This document shows positions 29,699-39,331 of a DNA stretch of 64,000 nucleotides, in pieces. The DNA is taken from contig CAYGKO010000001.1 in the NCBI GenBank assembly GCA_964350735.1, forward strand, positions 115,339 through 179,338. The letters are read 5' to 3'. The notes beneath the pieces were generated by a model. That model did no database searches, had not been told where the DNA came from, and worked only from the letters and a program-made list of their open reading frames with translations. Origin of the DNA: an uncultured Candidatus Saccharibacteria bacterium. GTDB taxonomy: Bacteria; Patescibacteriota; Minisyncoccia; Phycocordibacterales; UBA918. How positions within the stretch are numbered: position 1 is the first letter of the stretch; each line of letters begins with the position of its first letter. Both the position numbers and the translations under genes were made by a program.

Positions 29699-30490
29699 CT
29701 ATGGTTGACTGCACTGAAATCCAGTGACGATTCCCTCTGCGTTCCTAACTTGTTTAGCACCATGACAACCGGTAGGCCTACCCGGGTTACCAGGTTGTCT
29801 GTCTTTAAATGTGCAACCACAAACTCGCTCAGCATAGTCAGCCTGCTTTTCTAGCACATTTTTTAATACCTCCCCTTGAACATCTGCTCCTTGAGAGCCG
29901 TTTAGTGCCGCCTCTTCTTCTTCAGTTAATTCAATAGTTTCAAAATCTTCATCAATCTCTATATTTTGTTCACGCAATCTCTGTGCCTCAGTTTTACTTA
30001 CAGAGCAAGCCCCATCTTCACCAGTAGCAGCACAAAATGATATAACCTCTACTCCTCCCCGCGCATTAAACACACAGCCCGGCTTTGGGTTATTAGGGTC
30101 TGAAGAATCCTTCGGGCTACATATCTCTTCTAAGGCTGTAAAGTCTGTCAGCTTTGGATTAATGGTCTCTAAAATTAACACTGCTCCCAGCACAATCAGT
30201 AACCCTAACAACGCACCTTGAATTTGCTTCTTAGCCGCTCCTTTATCAGTTACCACGTCACTCAACATGTACTGAACACCAGCTAAAATGATTCGGACTA
30301 CCGCTAAGAACGCAGCGACTGAGATAGATAGAATGTAGAGTGCGTTGATGTAGCCAGCGGTAGAGAGATTGTTGGGATCGAGGCCGGGGATGCCGACGAG
30401 TGGTTTATATGAATTGATAGTTTCTTGTCCAAATGTAGCTAGGGGTAAAAAGAATAAAATAAGTAGTAGCAGTAAACGCAAATTGAACAT
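29699..30490 (-). CDS. VirB2/TrbC-topology pilin-like protein B with divergent Cys-rich C-terminal domain
   Basis: Different signal peptide and C-terminal domain; the central 115 aa are identical to pilin A. Confidence 0.45.
   Translation of the reverse strand: MFNLRLLLLLILFFLPLATFGQETINSYKPLVGIPGLDPNNLSTAGYINALYILSISVAAFLAVVRIILAGVQYMLSDVVTDKGAAKKQIQGALLGLLIVLGAVLILETINPKLTDFTALEEICSPKDSSDPNNPKPGCVFNARGGVEVISFCAATGEDGACSVSKTEAQRLREQNIEIDEDFETIELTEEEEAALNGSQGADVQGEVLKNVLEKQADYAERVCGCTFKDRQPGNPGRPTGCHGAKQVRNAEGIVTGFQCSQP
30057..30401. repeat. 345-bp perfect direct repeat, copy 2 (inside pilin B)
   Basis: Identical to 28067-28411; offset 1990 bp. Confidence 0.9.
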
Positions 30491-30491
30491 A

Positions 30492-31448
30492 TTAAAAACG
30501 CAGTGTGAAGTTATTTTGAACCCCTTGTAGTAATTGGGTTAAGTTACGAATATGGAATTCAATTTTGAAATTGCCGTTTCCTCCACCATTTTGTAGAGTG
30601 ATAGTTTGTTGATCTTCGTTGGGGTTTTGAATCACTGATCCATTAATTGACCACTCCAGTAATGGGTTGCTTTCAAATATTGATTCATCCATGTAGTACG
30701 GCTCAGCTCGAACATCAACTTCTGGGCCAACCAAGCTGTAGACAGTGGGTACAGAAATCCGGGAGATCCCGCGCAGTGGGTTGTCGGGATAAAAATATAA
30801 TTCTGGCTGCACAGCTGGAATGACGAGGCTGTCGCTCGCAATTACTTCTCCTGTTTGAGTGAGTACATCAACTCCTAATATAGCGTCTCTACCCATCGGC
30901 ATCTGGAATTCTGCTACATGTTTACCTTTAATAGAACCTCCAAATAATACCTTGTTGTTTAAACGCCACACGTATGAGTAGTTTTTAGGGTCGGTACCGT
31001 TAATCTGCGGTAGGGCTACAGCTCGAACAGTACTGTCGGTAGAAGGTAGGGCACGACCTTTGTAGAAACTCGGTGTGAGAGTTTTTGCTTCGATAATTAT
31101 GTCTAGGCGCTGCGGTTGTAGAGTATACGTAACAGGAATAATACGGCCAACACGAGTGGTGATTTCTGCCATTATTTTATTTATTGACCCAGCCACTGGT
31201 GCCACTAGCTCAATAGTTCGATTATTAGCAGCTGGCAATAATTCTTCATCGTCAACAAACCACTTGATACTTCCACCGCTAGTATCGATAGTATAGGCAT
31301 TGAGTGACAGTTCGACAATTTCGCCTGGTTCAGGAAAACGCGGGTCAGCAATAATTGAAATATTTGTCTCGCCAGTCAATGTTTGGGCTGAACCAAAACA
31401 TGGGAATACTAATAATAACAATATAAAAATAGATCGGAATCGATACAT
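30492..31448 (-). CDS. Secreted protein of unknown function (signal peptide), T4SS-cluster member
   Basis: MYRFRSIFILLLLVFPCFGSAQT signal peptide; 318 aa. Confidence 0.4.
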   Translation of the reverse strand: MYRFRSIFILLLLVFPCFGSAQTLTGETNISIIADPRFPEPGEIVELSLNAYTIDTSGGSIKWFVDDEELLPAANNRTIELVAPVAGSINKIMAEITTRVGRIIPVTYTLQPQRLDIIIEAKTLTPSFYKGRALPSTDSTVRAVALPQINGTDPKNYSYVWRLNNKVLFGGSIKGKHVAEFQMPMGRDAILGVDVLTQTGEVIASDSLVIPAVQPELYFYPDNPLRGISRISVPTVYSLVGPEVDVRAEPYYMDESIFESNPLLEWSINGSVIQNPNEDQQTITLQNGGGNGNFKIEFHIRNLTQLLQGVQNNFTLRF

Positions 31449-31479
31449 ACTACAAGAATACCATGGGTAAATGCTGCTA

Positions 31480-32193
31480 TTACCTCGTGATGTAGGTAGC
31501 GCCAGCCCAGATAGTAGCCCACGGGAGCATTCCTCCCGAAAGAGGGGCTATAGATAGCGCTAGTAAAATTATAAAAGTGTAGGTACTCATAAAAGTTAGA
31601 AGCTTAATTTTATTCATTACGAGATAAGAAGAACACATACTAAATATCGCGATCAGAGAACTGATAAGCCATCCAACAGCGAAGAAGATATATCCAAAGG
31701 TGGCAGGATCAATAAATAAATCAAGGAAAGGAATATATTCAGTAAGAGTAGTGCCAAAAGCAGCCAGTGCCGCGCCAAATAAACTCATAACCCAAAAAGA
31801 TAAACCTAACTGCCAGCCAAGGAAAGTGATTGGTATAACAATTCGGCCTACAAATAATCTTCTCGCTACACCTCTGGCGAGACGAATCATTATATTTTGT
31901 TTTTCTGATCCCCGCGCCACTTGAGTAAACGAGTTTTGTTGATTTGGCTGTAATAGCCAGTCGTTTACATCATCATGAGATTTTTTTGCTAGTTTTTTTG
32001 TTGAGAGCGTGCGGGCTCCATATTGGACGTGATTGAATTGGCTGCTGATGTCACGCTTATCTAGATTGTCAGCCAACATTTTTGAGCGCAAGCTCATGTT
32101 TTTTCGAACAGCTGCCCGGCCTATCTTTTTAACTTTTTTAACAGCCTTGGATCCAACTACTTGTGCTGTTTCCACAATAAGAGGTGCAGCCAT
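31480..32193 (-). CDS. Membrane protein (basic N-terminal region, about 4 C-terminal TM helices), T4SS-cluster member
   Basis: 237 aa; sits directly downstream of virB4. Confidence 0.4.
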   Translation of the reverse strand: MAAPLIVETAQVVGSKAVKKVKKIGRAAVRKNMSLRSKMLADNLDKRDISSQFNHVQYGARTLSTKKLAKKSHDDVNDWLLQPNQQNSFTQVARGSEKQNIMIRLARGVARRLFVGRIVIPITFLGWQLGLSFWVMSLFGAALAAFGTTLTEYIPFLDLFIDPATFGYIFFAVGWLISSLIAIFSMCSSYLVMNKIKLLTFMSTYTFIILLALSIAPLSGGMLPWATIWAGATYITR

Positions 32194-32196
32194 ATA

Positions 32197-34008
32197 TTAT
32201 TGTTGTGCTGCTTGGAGTTCCTCGCGGGCCTTTTTGATTTGTAAAATCTGAGACGGGTCAGAAGTGATGATTTGGTCCTCGGTGTAACTGGCGATTACTT
32301 TGATAGCGACGTGTTTAAGACCAGCAAAGAAGATCCCCTCTCCGACCCCTGATTCGAGCAAGAGTAGTTTTTCTTCGTCAGTGAGATTGAAGGTATTTTG
32401 AATGTTGTCGATCGCGGTCGGCGATTGCTTCATAAGAAGTTGTAGTGATGAGTTGGTGATCATTGGGACTCCATACGGTGAGCGCAAGAAGTCATCGACA
32501 TCTTGAGTGATGGTTGAGAGACCAAGATAATATTTTCGCCCTCGCTTTGCTAACATAAATAAGAAAGAGGCTGTGTCTTCACTTTTCATCATCCACCATG
32601 CCTCGTCAATTACCAATAAGCGCTTAGTCAGACGTCGTCTGATAGCACTCCAAATATGATTAGTGATTATGTACATCGCCACTGTTTTAAGTTCGTCTTC
32701 CATGTCTCGAAGGCTGAACACTACAAACTTTTGGTTTACGTCGACATTGGTTGCTTTGTTCATGAAGCCCGACCACGTACCAGAAGTGTACTTTTGTAGT
32801 CGAGAGATTAATGAAGAGCTCCCTTCCATTCCGGCCAATACCATCTCAAAATCAGTTAACAGTGGAGGTTCAAGATCAGCAAAGTTACTGTCACCAGTGA
32901 TGTCTTTAAGGGCGTAGGTTTCTCGGAGAGCAGTATCAACAATGGTTTCTTCTTCTGGTGATAGTCCCCCGAGCATTAGGCGGAATAGACCGATGAGTTC
33001 GATGATGTGTGAGCGTAATACATCATCAGGATTTTCATCTGGTTGCGGGGCTGGCAAATCAAACGGATTGATATGATGCGAGGAAGAAAGTGAAATATTA
33101 AAGAATCGGCCACCAGTAGATTCTGCCAGGTATTCATATTCACGCTCCGGATCAATCACGATCACTTCAGTTCCAAACATCAGTGAACGAAGAATTTCAA
33201 GTTTAGTTGTGTATGACTTCCCGGCTCCAGAAGTCGCAAAAGTTACCGAGTTGTAGTTAGTGAGTTGGTAACGATCAAAAAGAACGAGACTCGAGTTGTG
33301 ACGATTAATGCCGTACAAAATACCGGTGTCTGAAGTCAGGTCAAATGAAGTGAAGGGAAAGAAACTAGAAAGCGGTGAAGAATTGAATTTGCTGTGCACC
33401 AATAGCTCGTCAGTCATAGTCGGAATGATACTCTTCATTCCTTGCTCTTGTTGGAAAAGCGCTGGCTTTAGATACACCAAGCGTGAGTCGAGCATTCCTT
33501 TTAATTCAGCTTCGGTCTTATTTAATTCAGCTTCGTCTTCACTATGAATAGCGATATAGAGACCGACATTAAATAATTTTTCCTCGGCTTGTTGGAGTTT
33601 ATCCCGCAGATCTTCCAAGTTTCGGTAGGCTGCTTCAAGTTGTGGGTCACGGACCATCCCCCGTTCGGCATTGGTATTGATCTGGCTTTGTACCTCAGCT
33701 ACTTTTTTCTGAAATTTCTTTAACGTATCAGCCGTATCAATGGGGTGAATCACGATTGAGACATCCATTTCACGTTCTAGATTAAGGATGGGTTCGAGCC
33801 AGCCATCATTCAGGTAACGAGGATATGAAATGGCAAAAAATACTCGTGAAAGCGTCCCGCTAATATTAATACTGCGGGGATTTATATTTACGGCTGAAGG
33901 GGCAATAACATCTTCAAGCGTCATTAGGGCGTTGTCACCAATATCTACGGTGTCATCAGGGTTGGTAGATGCTGGTTTCTTTGGTTGTAAAAAATCTAAG
34001 AAAGCCAT
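32197..34008 (-). CDS. virB4: VirB4/TrbE/CagE-family T4SS ATPase, ATPase (C-terminal) portion
   Basis: Walker A TSGAGKSYTT, Walker B LLVIDEAWWMM, conserved GLSTITQDVDDF motif; 603 aa. Confidence 0.8.
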   Translation of the reverse strand: MAFLDFLQPKKPASTNPDDTVDIGDNALMTLEDVIAPSAVNINPRSINISGTLSRVFFAISYPRYLNDGWLEPILNLEREMDVSIVIHPIDTADTLKKFQKKVAEVQSQINTNAERGMVRDPQLEAAYRNLEDLRDKLQQAEEKLFNVGLYIAIHSEDEAELNKTEAELKGMLDSRLVYLKPALFQQEQGMKSIIPTMTDELLVHSKFNSSPLSSFFPFTSFDLTSDTGILYGINRHNSSLVLFDRYQLTNYNSVTFATSGAGKSYTTKLEILRSLMFGTEVIVIDPEREYEYLAESTGGRFFNISLSSSHHINPFDLPAPQPDENPDDVLRSHIIELIGLFRLMLGGLSPEEETIVDTALRETYALKDITGDSNFADLEPPLLTDFEMVLAGMEGSSSLISRLQKYTSGTWSGFMNKATNVDVNQKFVVFSLRDMEDELKTVAMYIITNHIWSAIRRRLTKRLLVIDEAWWMMKSEDTASFLFMLAKRGRKYYLGLSTITQDVDDFLRSPYGVPMITNSSLQLLMKQSPTAIDNIQNTFNLTDEEKLLLLESGVGEGIFFAGLKHVAIKVIASYTEDQIITSDPSQILQIKKAREELQAAQQ

Positions 34009-34010
34009 AT

Positions 34011-34652
34011 TTATTGGTTGGGGGCGTTACCTGCAATATCGCCGGGATTGAAGATATGATAGTAGAGTTCAACTAATTCTTCGTTTTGTAAGGCGACAGT
34101 TTTAACACCAACTCGGTTGAGTCCTTGTTCGACGACAGTGACTCGTTGTTCTAGCTGAGTACGATGCTCTGCAAATGACTGATCTTCAATCACTACATTT
34201 TTCTTGGCCCCAAATAGGCTGCTAATATTGGACTTGAGATTGATATCAACTGGTGTATACGGAATTACTACAAAGAAGTTCTTGGTCATGATATCAACTT
34301 CGCTAGTGAATGTTTTCACAAACTGCATATACTCTCGGAGCTGAATCTTCATGAGGTCGTTATATTGATCATCTTCTCGGGCTGCTAACAGTCCAAGATA
34401 CGGCTTGATGTCTAGTCGTCGTGACTGCACGTAAATCTGTAATGAAAAATCAATGGTGTTTAAAAATGATTGAAACTGTCGCAAAATAGAAGCTTGTTCA
34501 TCAAGAGACTTAAGGGCAAAGTTGATAGAAGAGGCTAAGAGCACCATGTTCATCTGTCCGTTTTTTAAGACCACCACCCCATCACGAATATCTTGCACGG
34601 GGACAAACTGTTGGGTGGAAGCTTGATTTTGAGTTTTTGTTTTTGCAGGCAT
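34011..34652 (-). CDS. VirB4 N-terminal domain encoded as a separate ORF (split or frameshifted virB4)
   Basis: FVPVQDIRDGVVVLKNGQMNMVLLASSINFALKSLDEQASILRQFQSFL matches the N-terminal module of Gram-positive/CPR VirB4 homologues; TAA-AT-ATG junction with the next ORF. Confidence 0.5.
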   Translation of the reverse strand: MPAKTKTQNQASTQQFVPVQDIRDGVVVLKNGQMNMVLLASSINFALKSLDEQASILRQFQSFLNTIDFSLQIYVQSRRLDIKPYLGLLAAREDDQYNDLMKIQLREYMQFVKTFTSEVDIMTKNFFVVIPYTPVDINLKSNISSLFGAKKNVVIEDQSFAEHRTQLEQRVTVVEQGLNRVGVKTVALQNEELVELYYHIFNPGDIAGNAPNQ

Positions 34653-34653
34653 A

Positions 34654-35082
34654 TTATTTTTCTTGTTGCAGGGCTTGCAGTTCTAACTTGCGAGATAGCG
34701 AGTGGATATTACTACCTGACGTTGGTGGAACGTACGAAGCGATTGGAGTATTTCCAGTGTCTTCATTGTTGTAGAGGACGTCGGTTTTTTTTCGCCATAA
34801 GTATAAACGACTAGTACTGAAGTATTGTAAGGCGGCTTCTAAGAAGACTGAAAATGGGCGGTTATTGACTGGGTAAAACGCCAACAGAAACGCTAGGCCA
34901 GCGATTGGTAGTCCTAGTAAAACAAATACGATGAAATTAGTGGTCAAAAATAGTACTACCGCGATACCAGCCCCACCCATTAGGTAGACGAATTGCTTCC
35001 AAGTGAATGGACCAAAAATCTTATCCTCAATTTCAATAAATTGTGGTACCTCAAATCGCATAATCGTACCACTATTATACAT
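34654..35082 (-). CDS. VirB3-like small membrane protein
   Basis: Small membrane protein with a hairpin-like TM pair immediately upstream of virB4, as for VirB3/PrgI/ConD analogues; start uncertain (35112, 35082 or 35061). Confidence 0.35.
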   Translation of the reverse strand: MYNSGTIMRFEVPQFIEIEDKIFGPFTWKQFVYLMGGAGIAVVLFLTTNFIVFVLLGLPIAGLAFLLAFYPVNNRPFSVFLEAALQYFSTSRLYLWRKKTDVLYNNEDTGNTPIASYVPPTSGSNIHSLSRKLELQALQQEK

Positions 35083-35086
35083 GGCT

Positions 35087-35119
35087 AACGCGGGTGGAAG
35101 CTTTGCTTCCACCCGCGTT
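35087..35119 (-). other. Perfect 15-bp-stem hairpin inside the operon, between the acidic protein gene and the VirB3-like gene
   Basis: aacgcgggtggaagc-ttt-gcttccacccgcgtt, no T-run. Confidence 0.5.
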
Positions 35120-35124
35120 ATCCC

Positions 35125-35670
35125 CTACTCTTCTCCTTCAGTATACGACGGGGGTTTCGCCAGTCGGTCTTTTTGCAAAGCATCAGTTTGAGTACTGCTG
35201 TGCACCACCTCAGTCTCTGCTTCGTAGGCGGCATTAGCTTGTTTCAAAGCTCCATAACCGTGCACTTTTTTCATATCGTCTGACATGGTGCGGAGTGGTG
35301 TAATTCCAATTTCATCACTAGGGTTTGCAGTTCTGATAGTCGCTTTTTTATTGTTATTTTCTTCAGTTAGAAGAGGTTCAGATTCTATTCTGATCCCAGC
35401 TACATCTACTGATAGAGGAATTTTTATTAATTTTTCTAAAAATTCCTCCAGGTCATTTATTACCGATTTCTCAAGATTAATTTCATCAAAAGCAGATGAA
35501 TCACTGATACCTAAGACCCTGTCTGTGATAGTGTTTGTTATATCTATCCTAGAGTCTTGTGGTATCGCATGTTTTTCTAAAAATTCACTTATTTTATTGC
35601 TGTCAATAAAGTCTTGCACCGCTTGCGGGGCGTTTTGATAAGCCTTTGAAAATGTGTTCCAGTCTGACAT
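35125..35670 (-). CDS. Acidic soluble protein of unknown function, T4SS-cluster member
   Basis: 181 aa, no TM helix. Confidence 0.4.
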   Translation of the reverse strand: MSDWNTFSKAYQNAPQAVQDFIDSNKISEFLEKHAIPQDSRIDITNTITDRVLGISDSSAFDEINLEKSVINDLEEFLEKLIKIPLSVDVAGIRIESEPLLTEENNNKKATIRTANPSDEIGITPLRTMSDDMKKVHGYGALKQANAAYEAETEVVHSSTQTDALQKDRLAKPPSYTEGEE

Positions 35671-35680
35671 AGTTAATTAT

Positions 35681-37762
35681 TTAGGGTGAAAACCCTGCGA
35701 TAGCAAATTGACCACCATAAGAATTTCCAGTGACCCAACCACGCCAAGCACTTCGAACACTTCCTGGAGCAGTATCATAATAAGGTTGGAATTCTGCGAC
35801 TATTGATGCTAATTCAGGAGTAGATAAACCATTCTTCATTCTTTCTTGCAAGATTGCCGGTGTTAGGTATGGGTACATTGCATTTTTTGTGAATACTTCA
35901 GGGTCAATCTTACCAGCCTCTTCGTTACTCCGCGCAAACACATCACTATGTGTAATACCATGAGTCGTACTTCCAGGAGCAGCGCTAGCAACAGCAATAA
36001 ATGCATCGTTTCTCGCTTTTTTTAGACTATTTTTATCTGGGTCAGCCAGATCAAGGTCATCAATTTGTTTTGCCGATAGAGTGACAGCATTTTTTGGTTT
36101 AACCAACTCTGTAAGTGGAATAGATCCAAGCTTATCTTTACTGAGTTTACCAACATTTTTAGGCCCACTTGCTGTGCCAACAGTAGCTAGAACACCCTCT
36201 CCCCGTTTTGTCGCTAGCTGATTTCGGAATTCATCATCCAGCTGATCATTATCCATGAGAGATTTAACGTGGTCTCCTTTAAGAATGGCAGCATTTGCAA
36301 TAAGTGTTGCCCTACCATCGGCTGTTTCAGCCAGCTCTTTAATCTGGGCAGAACTTGCATTATAGAGGGCGCGTTCACGGACATCCTGATCGCTACTTCC
36401 TAAGTCTTTACGCAGGTCTCCAACAGCGATGCTTCGAGTTGCGCGCTGACGCCGTTCTGTACTTTGCTTCTCTACGTCAGCGCGCCCGAGACCACCACCA
36501 GCTTTATAGTCTCGAGCCGCGGTGAGGCCACGCCGAGTAGATTCACCACCTAATAAGGTGCGAGTTACTTTTGCTGTGGTACTACCACTTTCGGCAGCTC
36601 TATCCATACGATCCCAAAGATTGCGGACACCACCAGCAGGTAAGCCAACACCAGTTCGGTAGGCTGCCCCAGCAGCTGCTCCTCGTGCTGCATTACCAGC
36701 GCTTTTCAGGGCACCTAAGGTTGCTCCAGCGGCTGAAGAGCCCATTTTTTGGGCTATCATCATAGAAGCAATCATAAATCCAGCGGCTACAAAGAGCATA
36801 AGGAAAGCTCCAAAACTGCCATTGGCCGTATAGCCATCTTCAAAAGTAGATCCTTGTAGAGGCATTGCACGCAGAACGTTTAGTGAAATAAACATCATGA
36901 AAAGAAAAGCTGGCGCGATGAAAGCGTGTTTAAAAAATTCTGACCACCAGTATGATTGCGCTCGTTCTAATTTTGGAAAGATAAATCCAGCAAACATAAG
37001 CGGCGAAAAAATCATGAACACAATCAGCATTACAAACCGCTTCACTAAGATTAGGGCAGCGGTGGCAAAAATGAGTCCAATAATGATCATAAAAATCATC
37101 ATTAAAAATCCATACACGATTACCTTTACAGACAACCAATCAGCCTCACCACTCATCTTGCTGGCTATAGCCCCTTTATCAAATGAGCTAAACCCAAGAA
37201 CGTTCATGATTCCTCCAGAGATGCTTTTACCAGCCTCAGCTTCACCAGTTCCGATAGTTTGCCCATTGATTGTGTAACTACCAGTGATAGTAATTTGGTC
37301 GTAAATTTGGGTAGCTGCGATATTTGAAAAATCTATTATAGTTTTTGTTATTAACAAGCTGAAGTTAATAAGCAGGGCTGCAATAATAAGTTTTCCTAAT
37401 AATTTACGAGTATCTGCTTTACCTGAATCAAGAATAGTTTGAATACCAATATAGACTAACGCAAAAATAAAGAGCATATTGAGTAAATCACGCACAACTA
37501 CCCAAAGTTGATCCACTGCAACACCAACAGTAGCAGTTAAGGTGTCACCCATTTTAATAACTAGTTCAAGTATAGCGAAATCCAACAATGTCCCTCCCAA
37601 CCAAACTACAGCTCCTCCAATACCAATAAAAATAAACCAAAAAAAACTTTCAATTACTGTGCCTGCCCACGAAGTGGCGGCTGCAATTTGTGGCACAGTG
37701 GCACAAAAGAATAGAACAAGTGTGGGAAGTAGGTATTTTGTTTTTTTAGAATTTAAAAACAT
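35681..37762 (-). CDS. VirB6/TrbL-like polytopic membrane protein with long Gly/Ala-rich and hydrophilic C-terminal extension
   Basis: Signal peptide, then at least 6 TM helices in the first 350 aa, GAAxGAA tracts, roughly 300 aa hydrophilic tail; start at the internal ATG 37760-37762, which abuts the upstream gene. Confidence 0.5.
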   Translation of the reverse strand: MFLNSKKTKYLLPTLVLFFCATVPQIAAATSWAGTVIESFFWFIFIGIGGAVVWLGGTLLDFAILELVIKMGDTLTATVGVAVDQLWVVVRDLLNMLFIFALVYIGIQTILDSGKADTRKLLGKLIIAALLINFSLLITKTIIDFSNIAATQIYDQITITGSYTINGQTIGTGEAEAGKSISGGIMNVLGFSSFDKGAIASKMSGEADWLSVKVIVYGFLMMIFMIIIGLIFATAALILVKRFVMLIVFMIFSPLMFAGFIFPKLERAQSYWWSEFFKHAFIAPAFLFMMFISLNVLRAMPLQGSTFEDGYTANGSFGAFLMLFVAAGFMIASMMIAQKMGSSAAGATLGALKSAGNAARGAAAGAAYRTGVGLPAGGVRNLWDRMDRAAESGSTTAKVTRTLLGGESTRRGLTAARDYKAGGGLGRADVEKQSTERRQRATRSIAVGDLRKDLGSSDQDVRERALYNASSAQIKELAETADGRATLIANAAILKGDHVKSLMDNDQLDDEFRNQLATKRGEGVLATVGTASGPKNVGKLSKDKLGSIPLTELVKPKNAVTLSAKQIDDLDLADPDKNSLKKARNDAFIAVASAAPGSTTHGITHSDVFARSNEEAGKIDPEVFTKNAMYPYLTPAILQERMKNGLSTPELASIVAEFQPYYDTAPGSVRSAWRGWVTGNSYGGQFAIAGFSP

Positions 37763-37763
37763 A

Positions 37764-39329
37764 CTATAAACCAGAGAGGGTACATGCTGTACGTCCAACC
37801 TCGATCGCTTCTTCAAGCTCATCTTGGGCATTTTGTAATTCGTTCTCAATAAAGAGTTCGGTCACAACCAAGTCCACATCGTTTTTAATGGCCCCAGCTT
37901 GCACTAAGTCGAAGTAACGATTAAAGGCCACTTGCTGAGCCGCTGAGCTGGTGGCGGCTTCAAATTGTGACTTAATGCTATTTTCACCCCCAAGTTCATT
38001 TAAGGCCATTTCTGCAAGACTAATTTCTTGCTGGGCTTCAATACTGTGGTTAGCAAGTACCTGGAATCGATTGCGGATGGTTGGAATCTCATTGGCGAAA
38101 CAATTCAAAATACCAGTTTGCTCTTCCCCGTTTTCATCAAGGAGGGGCTCGTTAGTATTTGGATCTCTAATTACAATCGTAAATTGAGCGATAGCCTGTT
38201 CAATCTCTATGAGAGAAGACTGTACTTCTCCTCGAATTCTTTCTTGGAGTTGAATATTACGCCGTTCAACTGCAATCGATTCATCGATACTGAGTGCGTT
38301 TCCAACTACTTCGTTATTATTTATAGTTTCTTGCTCTAAAGCCGTTAAGTAATTACGTCCGCTACTTCCTGCAAATGAGGTGTCTTCGTAGCTACTCCCT
38401 CCCATGCCGAGCAGTCCGTAGGCGCCAGTCAACGCTTGTTGCGCTAGTTGCGCAAACAAAGCTCCGATGATCTCATTGATTTCATCCGCTTCGATGAGGG
38501 CTAAAGATCCCGTTTGTAATTCAAATGTCAGTTGATCAGAAATGATTTTTCCTGGGGTGGTGGTTTTACAATCCTCTTTCCCACCCGCTGCACTATCGGC
38601 GTTTTCACAAAATTCTAAGTTAAGGAAGAAATCGTTAGCAGCGAGTAGTTCCAACTTTTTCCCCTCGGCATTTTGTAAGCGAATACCCATTTCAGTACTA
38701 GCAGCTAACACTGCACCAGTTGGGTTGCTGGAAGGGTTTTGGGTTAGTTCAAACCAAGCTGGCCACCCACCTTGTGAAAAATCACCACCAAGGAAACCTT
38801 CTATATTGTCAGTAATTTCTGAGATGGTACATTGTGGTTGATAGTCGCGAGATTGTTGGTATTGGAGTGAAAGGGCAATCCGAACATCAAGCTCAAACGG
38901 GCTACATAAGAAACCAAGTTCAGTGCCATAAATGAAATCTCCGGCTACTTGATCAGCCACATCTAATAAAAATCCATCGAGGTCGGTTACAAAAGCCGGG
39001 CTACCTTGGAAGCCCGAGTTAATCCAATTAAGAATACTGGAGGTCACACCTTTAAGGACGGTTTTCATCAAACCAAAGGCAATACCATCGAGCGTAAGCT
39101 CTTTAATATTGAGGGCAGTCTGGAGACCAGTTTGGACAGTTTCAGCTGCAGCACTGATGGTTGATTCAACTGACGTTTTAATATTTGTTCCAAGGTTGGC
39201 GCTGTCTATTACTGAGAGTGCGGCGTGGGTCGTTTGCACAGATCCGTTATATGAAAATGGAGTTAAAAACAATGCAATTGTAATAAGCAGAAGAATACTT
39301 TTTTTGGTTTTTTGTATTGTTCTAAACAT
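37764..39329 (-). CDS. Secreted 521-aa protein of unknown function (signal peptide, C-terminal coiled-coil region), T4SS-cluster member
   Basis: MFRTIQKTKKSILLLITIALFLTPFSYNGS...HA signal peptide. Confidence 0.4.
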   Translation of the reverse strand: MFRTIQKTKKSILLLITIALFLTPFSYNGSVQTTHAALSVIDSANLGTNIKTSVESTISAAAETVQTGLQTALNIKELTLDGIAFGLMKTVLKGVTSSILNWINSGFQGSPAFVTDLDGFLLDVADQVAGDFIYGTELGFLCSPFELDVRIALSLQYQQSRDYQPQCTISEITDNIEGFLGGDFSQGGWPAWFELTQNPSSNPTGAVLAASTEMGIRLQNAEGKKLELLAANDFFLNLEFCENADSAAGGKEDCKTTTPGKIISDQLTFELQTGSLALIEADEINEIIGALFAQLAQQALTGAYGLLGMGGSSYEDTSFAGSSGRNYLTALEQETINNNEVVGNALSIDESIAVERRNIQLQERIRGEVQSSLIEIEQAIAQFTIVIRDPNTNEPLLDENGEEQTGILNCFANEIPTIRNRFQVLANHSIEAQQEISLAEMALNELGGENSIKSQFEAATSSAAQQVAFNRYFDLVQAGAIKNDVDLVVTELFIENELQNAQDELEEAIEVGRTACTLSGL

Positions 39330-39331
39330 AT

